Assembly (NCBI GenBank): GCA_963674945.2
Contig: CAXXWQ010000003.1
Span: 1,824,001 to 1,888,000 of the forward strand
DNA: 64,000 nucleotides
Source of the DNA: an uncultured Desulfosarcina sp.
Lineage (GTDB): Bacteria; Desulfobacterota; Desulfobacteria; Desulfobacterales; Desulfosarcinaceae
Reading direction: 5' to 3'
Shown: positions 61,093 to 64,000 of the stretch, one piece after another
How positions within the stretch are numbered: the first letter of the stretch is position 1
Layout: each line of letters starts with the position of its first letter
Made by a program: the position numbers and the translations under genes
Notes under the pieces: model-generated
Databases searched by the model: none
Seen by the model: the letters and a program-made list of their open reading frames with translations, nothing else
Told to the model about the DNA's origin: nothing

Positions 61093-61192
61093 TTACTGGG
61101 AAAAAGGCAGTAAATTATCGTAAAGTTGACTCATTTTCAATTTTCGGGTAAGTAATTGGAAATTGTGAGACACAACCGCTTCAGGAAAGAAC

Positions 61193-62299
61193 ATGCCCAA
61201 CCGTATCGGACACATCGATATTGCAAAAGGAATTTCGATTATTCTTGTGGCACTCTTTCACAGCAATTTGTCATCTTATTTCCCCCAAATAATAGGCCCC
61301 ATGGCGCTATTTCGACTGCCGCTTTTCTTCTTTCTTTCAGGTGTCTTCTTCAAATCCACCATGGCGCCGAATGTCTTTTTCTGGAAAAAATTTGATGCAT
61401 TGCTCAAACCCTATTTCGCAACATTAATCGTTGTATCAATCATTTCTACCCTTTATGGCGGAGGGGTTTATCTTGGGCAATTGAAAGGATTGGTATACGG
61501 AAATGGGTCTACCATCAATTGGCTATGGCTCCCCATGTGGTTTCTCCCCCATCTTTTTGCGGTTTATTGTTTCGTCTATCTGATTTTCAGATATACACCA
61601 TTTCAAAACAGTTCTTCGATCATCCGGTATGGCGTCCTTTTTGTTATGATAACGGTCGGCTCCTATTTTATCGATCTATTCTGGCAACTCGACATCACTT
61701 TATTTGGAAAAACGAGGCAGTTGCCGGGGCTCCCTTTCAGTACCGACATTATTTTTATCAGTTCGTTCTTTTTTGCCATGGGCGCATTGATGAAACAGAA
61801 GGTTGTTTCCTTTCGTCCCAATCCATATTGGTTGATGTTCTCTTTGGTGCTCTTTTTTTTCATTGCATCGGAAACGGAAGCGTACATCGACCTGAACGCC
61901 AGATATTACAACCTGCCCATTATTGCTACGATTGGCGCTGCCTGTGGGATATACATGATCCTTACCATCTCTTTTCACATCGACAGCCTTCCCAAGTTGT
62001 TTCCGATAAAAAAAGCCCTTTTGGCGTTTGGAAGTTCAAGCTTATTCATACTCATCTTTCATTTTTATATCTATTACAATATCTATGAAGTACTTTATCG
62101 ACTCGGTGGCAGTGAGCCAAATTTTATTCTCACAATACTGGCATTCCTTACGAGCATCACAGCACCACTGATGATAAGGGGCCTCATATCCAAAAGTGAA
62201 ATACTCTCTCTATTCTATTTTCCTATGCAATCCAATTCATTGGCCAAACGGATGCTGCAAAACATGCCATTGTGTCTCAGCAGGCAGGTAAGCAAATAA
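61193..62299 (+). CDS. Acyltransferase-3 family (OafA-like) membrane O-acyltransferase
   Basis: RIGHIDIAKGISIILV..H, FRLPLFFFLSG, WFLP.LF, G..SL.I.IFH; about 10 TM helices; visibly AT-rich. Confidence 0.9.
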   Translation: MPNRIGHIDIAKGISIILVALFHSNLSSYFPQIIGPMALFRLPLFFFLSGVFFKSTMAPNVFFWKKFDALLKPYFATLIVVSIISTLYGGGVYLGQLKGLVYGNGSTINWLWLPMWFLPHLFAVYCFVYLIFRYTPFQNSSSIIRYGVLFVMITVGSYFIDLFWQLDITLFGKTRQLPGLPFSTDIIFISSFFFAMGALMKQKVVSFRPNPYWLMFSLVLFFFIASETEAYIDLNARYYNLPIIATIGAACGIYMILTISFHIDSLPKLFPIKKALLAFGSSSLFILIFHFYIYYNIYEVLYRLGGSEPNFILTILAFLTSITAPLMIRGLISKSEILSLFYFPMQSNSLAKRMLQNMPLCLSRQVSK

Positions 62300-62645
62300 A
62301 AGACCCTTTGTTCAATTTTCAAACCGATGGTTAACTGGTCACGCTGTTCGTTTCAATCGATGCCATGGGCTATTAAGGGCAACATCCTTTCATCGGGAAA
62401 GCATCCGTAAAAAAACGGACAACGGCTATCGATACCCGATTCATCCGAACCAGAGAAATACCTCTTGACTCCATTGGATGTTTTTCAGAATATCGTAATC
62501 ATCGCAAGGCCTGATATTTGATGGCCTTATCGATTTTTTGCTTTTTCCTTGATGTGATAGCATTCCTTTTTCACAGAAGTTTTGATGCGGTCTTTTGAAA
62601 GACCGGTAGTTACGACTACCTATAGCGCGATGCGGAGGTTCGGCC

Positions 62646-63989
62646 GTGACCCCTCGTAAAAACGGAACTATTGTGAGCGCCCTTCTTTTCCTGGCTTTCT
62701 TATTGATTTCGGCGCCTGCTTTAACGGCATCATCAAAAGAAGACAGTCAGTGTGTCCTCTGCCACACCAACCTGAAGAGCCTGATCCGGTTGTGCTGGAA
62801 AGTGGAAAAAATAAAACCGAAACCCAAACAATCCAGCGAGACTGCGGGTGAGGGGTGAGGCGGCCCCTTGGCTCCGTTGGAGCTGTATCAGAAAATATAT
62901 GTGGATCCGGGTTTCCTTGAAACCAACCATGGCCAAATTCCTTGTAATAACTGCCACGGCGGCAACCCCGACGATTCCAACTGGCTAACGGCCCATGATT
63001 CGATGATAAAAGATCCCACAACGAGTAAAGCCCTGGCCATTTGCGGAGAGTGCCACGAAGAGATCGCCGCCAAAGCGGTAAGCAGTCTGCACTATACGCT
63101 GGCACCTTTTTCGCGCGCCATTGCAGCCAGAATGGGCGATGTACGCAAAGACGCCCGAAAACTTGTCGATCACGCCATGGACATCCATTGCAATACCTGC
63201 CATGCCAGTTGCGGACAATGTCATGTCAGCAGACCGGATTACGTTGGCGGTGGATTTTTGGCAAAGCACCATTTCAAGAGAACACCGGACATGGATACGA
63301 CGTGTGCCAGTTGTCACGGTGGTCGTGTCTACGGAGAGTATACGGCGGCAAACGAAGACAACGAAGCCGATGTCCACTTCGACGACGAAGAAATGACTTG
63401 CATGCAATGCCACAAATCACCCGAAATGCATGCGTGTGCAACGGATGTCACCAGCCGTTTCGAACTTCCGGAACGACCGAGATGTCTGCAATGCCACGAG
63501 GACGTTGTCGCTGAGAAGCCGAAGACGCAATCACACAAAATTCACGGAAACAAGGTGGCCTGCCAGGTATGTCACGCCCAAGCCACGAAAAATTGTTACA
63601 GTTGCCACGTGGGCACCGACAAAAAGGGGCTTCCCTATTTCAAGTGCCGCAAAACCGCGTTTGACTTGAAAATCGGACTGAATCCCAGAAAAACCAAAGA
63701 CAGACCCTATGACTGGGTCGTCTTGCGGCATCCGGCTGCAGATCCGAAGATTTTCGATCACTATGTAAAAAACAGCCTGCCCGATTTCAACGCCCTTCCT
63801 ACCTGGAAACTGGATACCCCGCACAGCATCCGACGTTCGACGGCACAAAACAAGGAGTGCAATAATTGCCATGGCAAAAAGGAGTTGTTTTTGACCCGAG
63901 ATGACGTTGCTGATGGAGAAGTCGAAGCAAACCGTAGCGTGATCGTTCCGGAATCTAAAATTCCCGAACCTGTTACATCCAAACCATAA
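62646..63989 (+). CDS. Exported multiheme c-type cytochrome (11 CxxCH) with a predicted selenocysteine at TGA 62856-62858, 447 aa
   Basis: GTG start after GGAGG; signal peptide and CVLCH before the TGA; GAG GGG TGA GGC GGC CCC TTG continues in frame into 10 more CxxCH motifs; SECIS-like hairpin follows the TGA. Confidence 0.82.
62859..62885 (+). promoter_or_regulatory. Putative bacterial SECIS element
   Basis: Stem TGGCTCC / GGAGCTG with an apical GTT loop starting 17 nt after the UGA. Confidence 0.65.
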
Positions 63990-64000
63990 AGGAGGTTGAC

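Noticed and set aside
62868..63989. Treating the 373-aa ORF as an independent gene starting at TTG 62868
   Set aside because: It has no signal peptide despite 10 heme motifs, and its start codon overlaps the SECIS-like stem; readthrough from 62646 explains it better.

Overview
A mostly core-genome window from a sulfate-reducing deltaproteobacterium. The gene content and style look Desulfobacterales/Desulfosarcina-like, but that is an inference. From left to right it contains: (1) a minus-strand cell-envelope operon (SLH/TPR lipoprotein, LPP20-like, AsmA-like, Fn3/beta-helix/TPR lipoprotein, TPR-SpoIID, MscS and a partial secreted coiled-coil protein); (2) a PHP gene; (3) a ClpX-like ATPase with ahbC-hemB-ahbD (alternative heme synthesis); (4) PilZ and mglBA; (5) an unusual chemosensory operon (two catalytically degenerate CheB-like proteins, an MCP split by an in-frame TAG, CheW, CheY, a CheA with a 969-bp triplicated Hpt module and a mini HAMP protein) that runs directly into TauE and NitT/TauT ABC transporter genes; (6) an ISAzo13-type element inserted between that operon and its sigma-28 promoter; (7) crcB/DUF190, lrp-dapL-lysA, an epimerase and a ThiS/ThiF pair; (8) the hisB-dnaG-rpoD-tRNA(CAT)-nif3-zinc ribbon-rnpB-HPr fusion-ispD block; (9) YcaO-TPR, CGGC, TPM-TPR and acyltransferase genes. 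The standout is at the right end. Two ORFs that the ORF track lists separately (62646-62858 and 62868-63989) are in frame across a single TGA that is followed by a SECIS-like hairpin. This predicts an exported 447-aa, 11-heme c-type cytochrome containing selenocysteine. All calls come from reading motifs by eye; no database searches were run.
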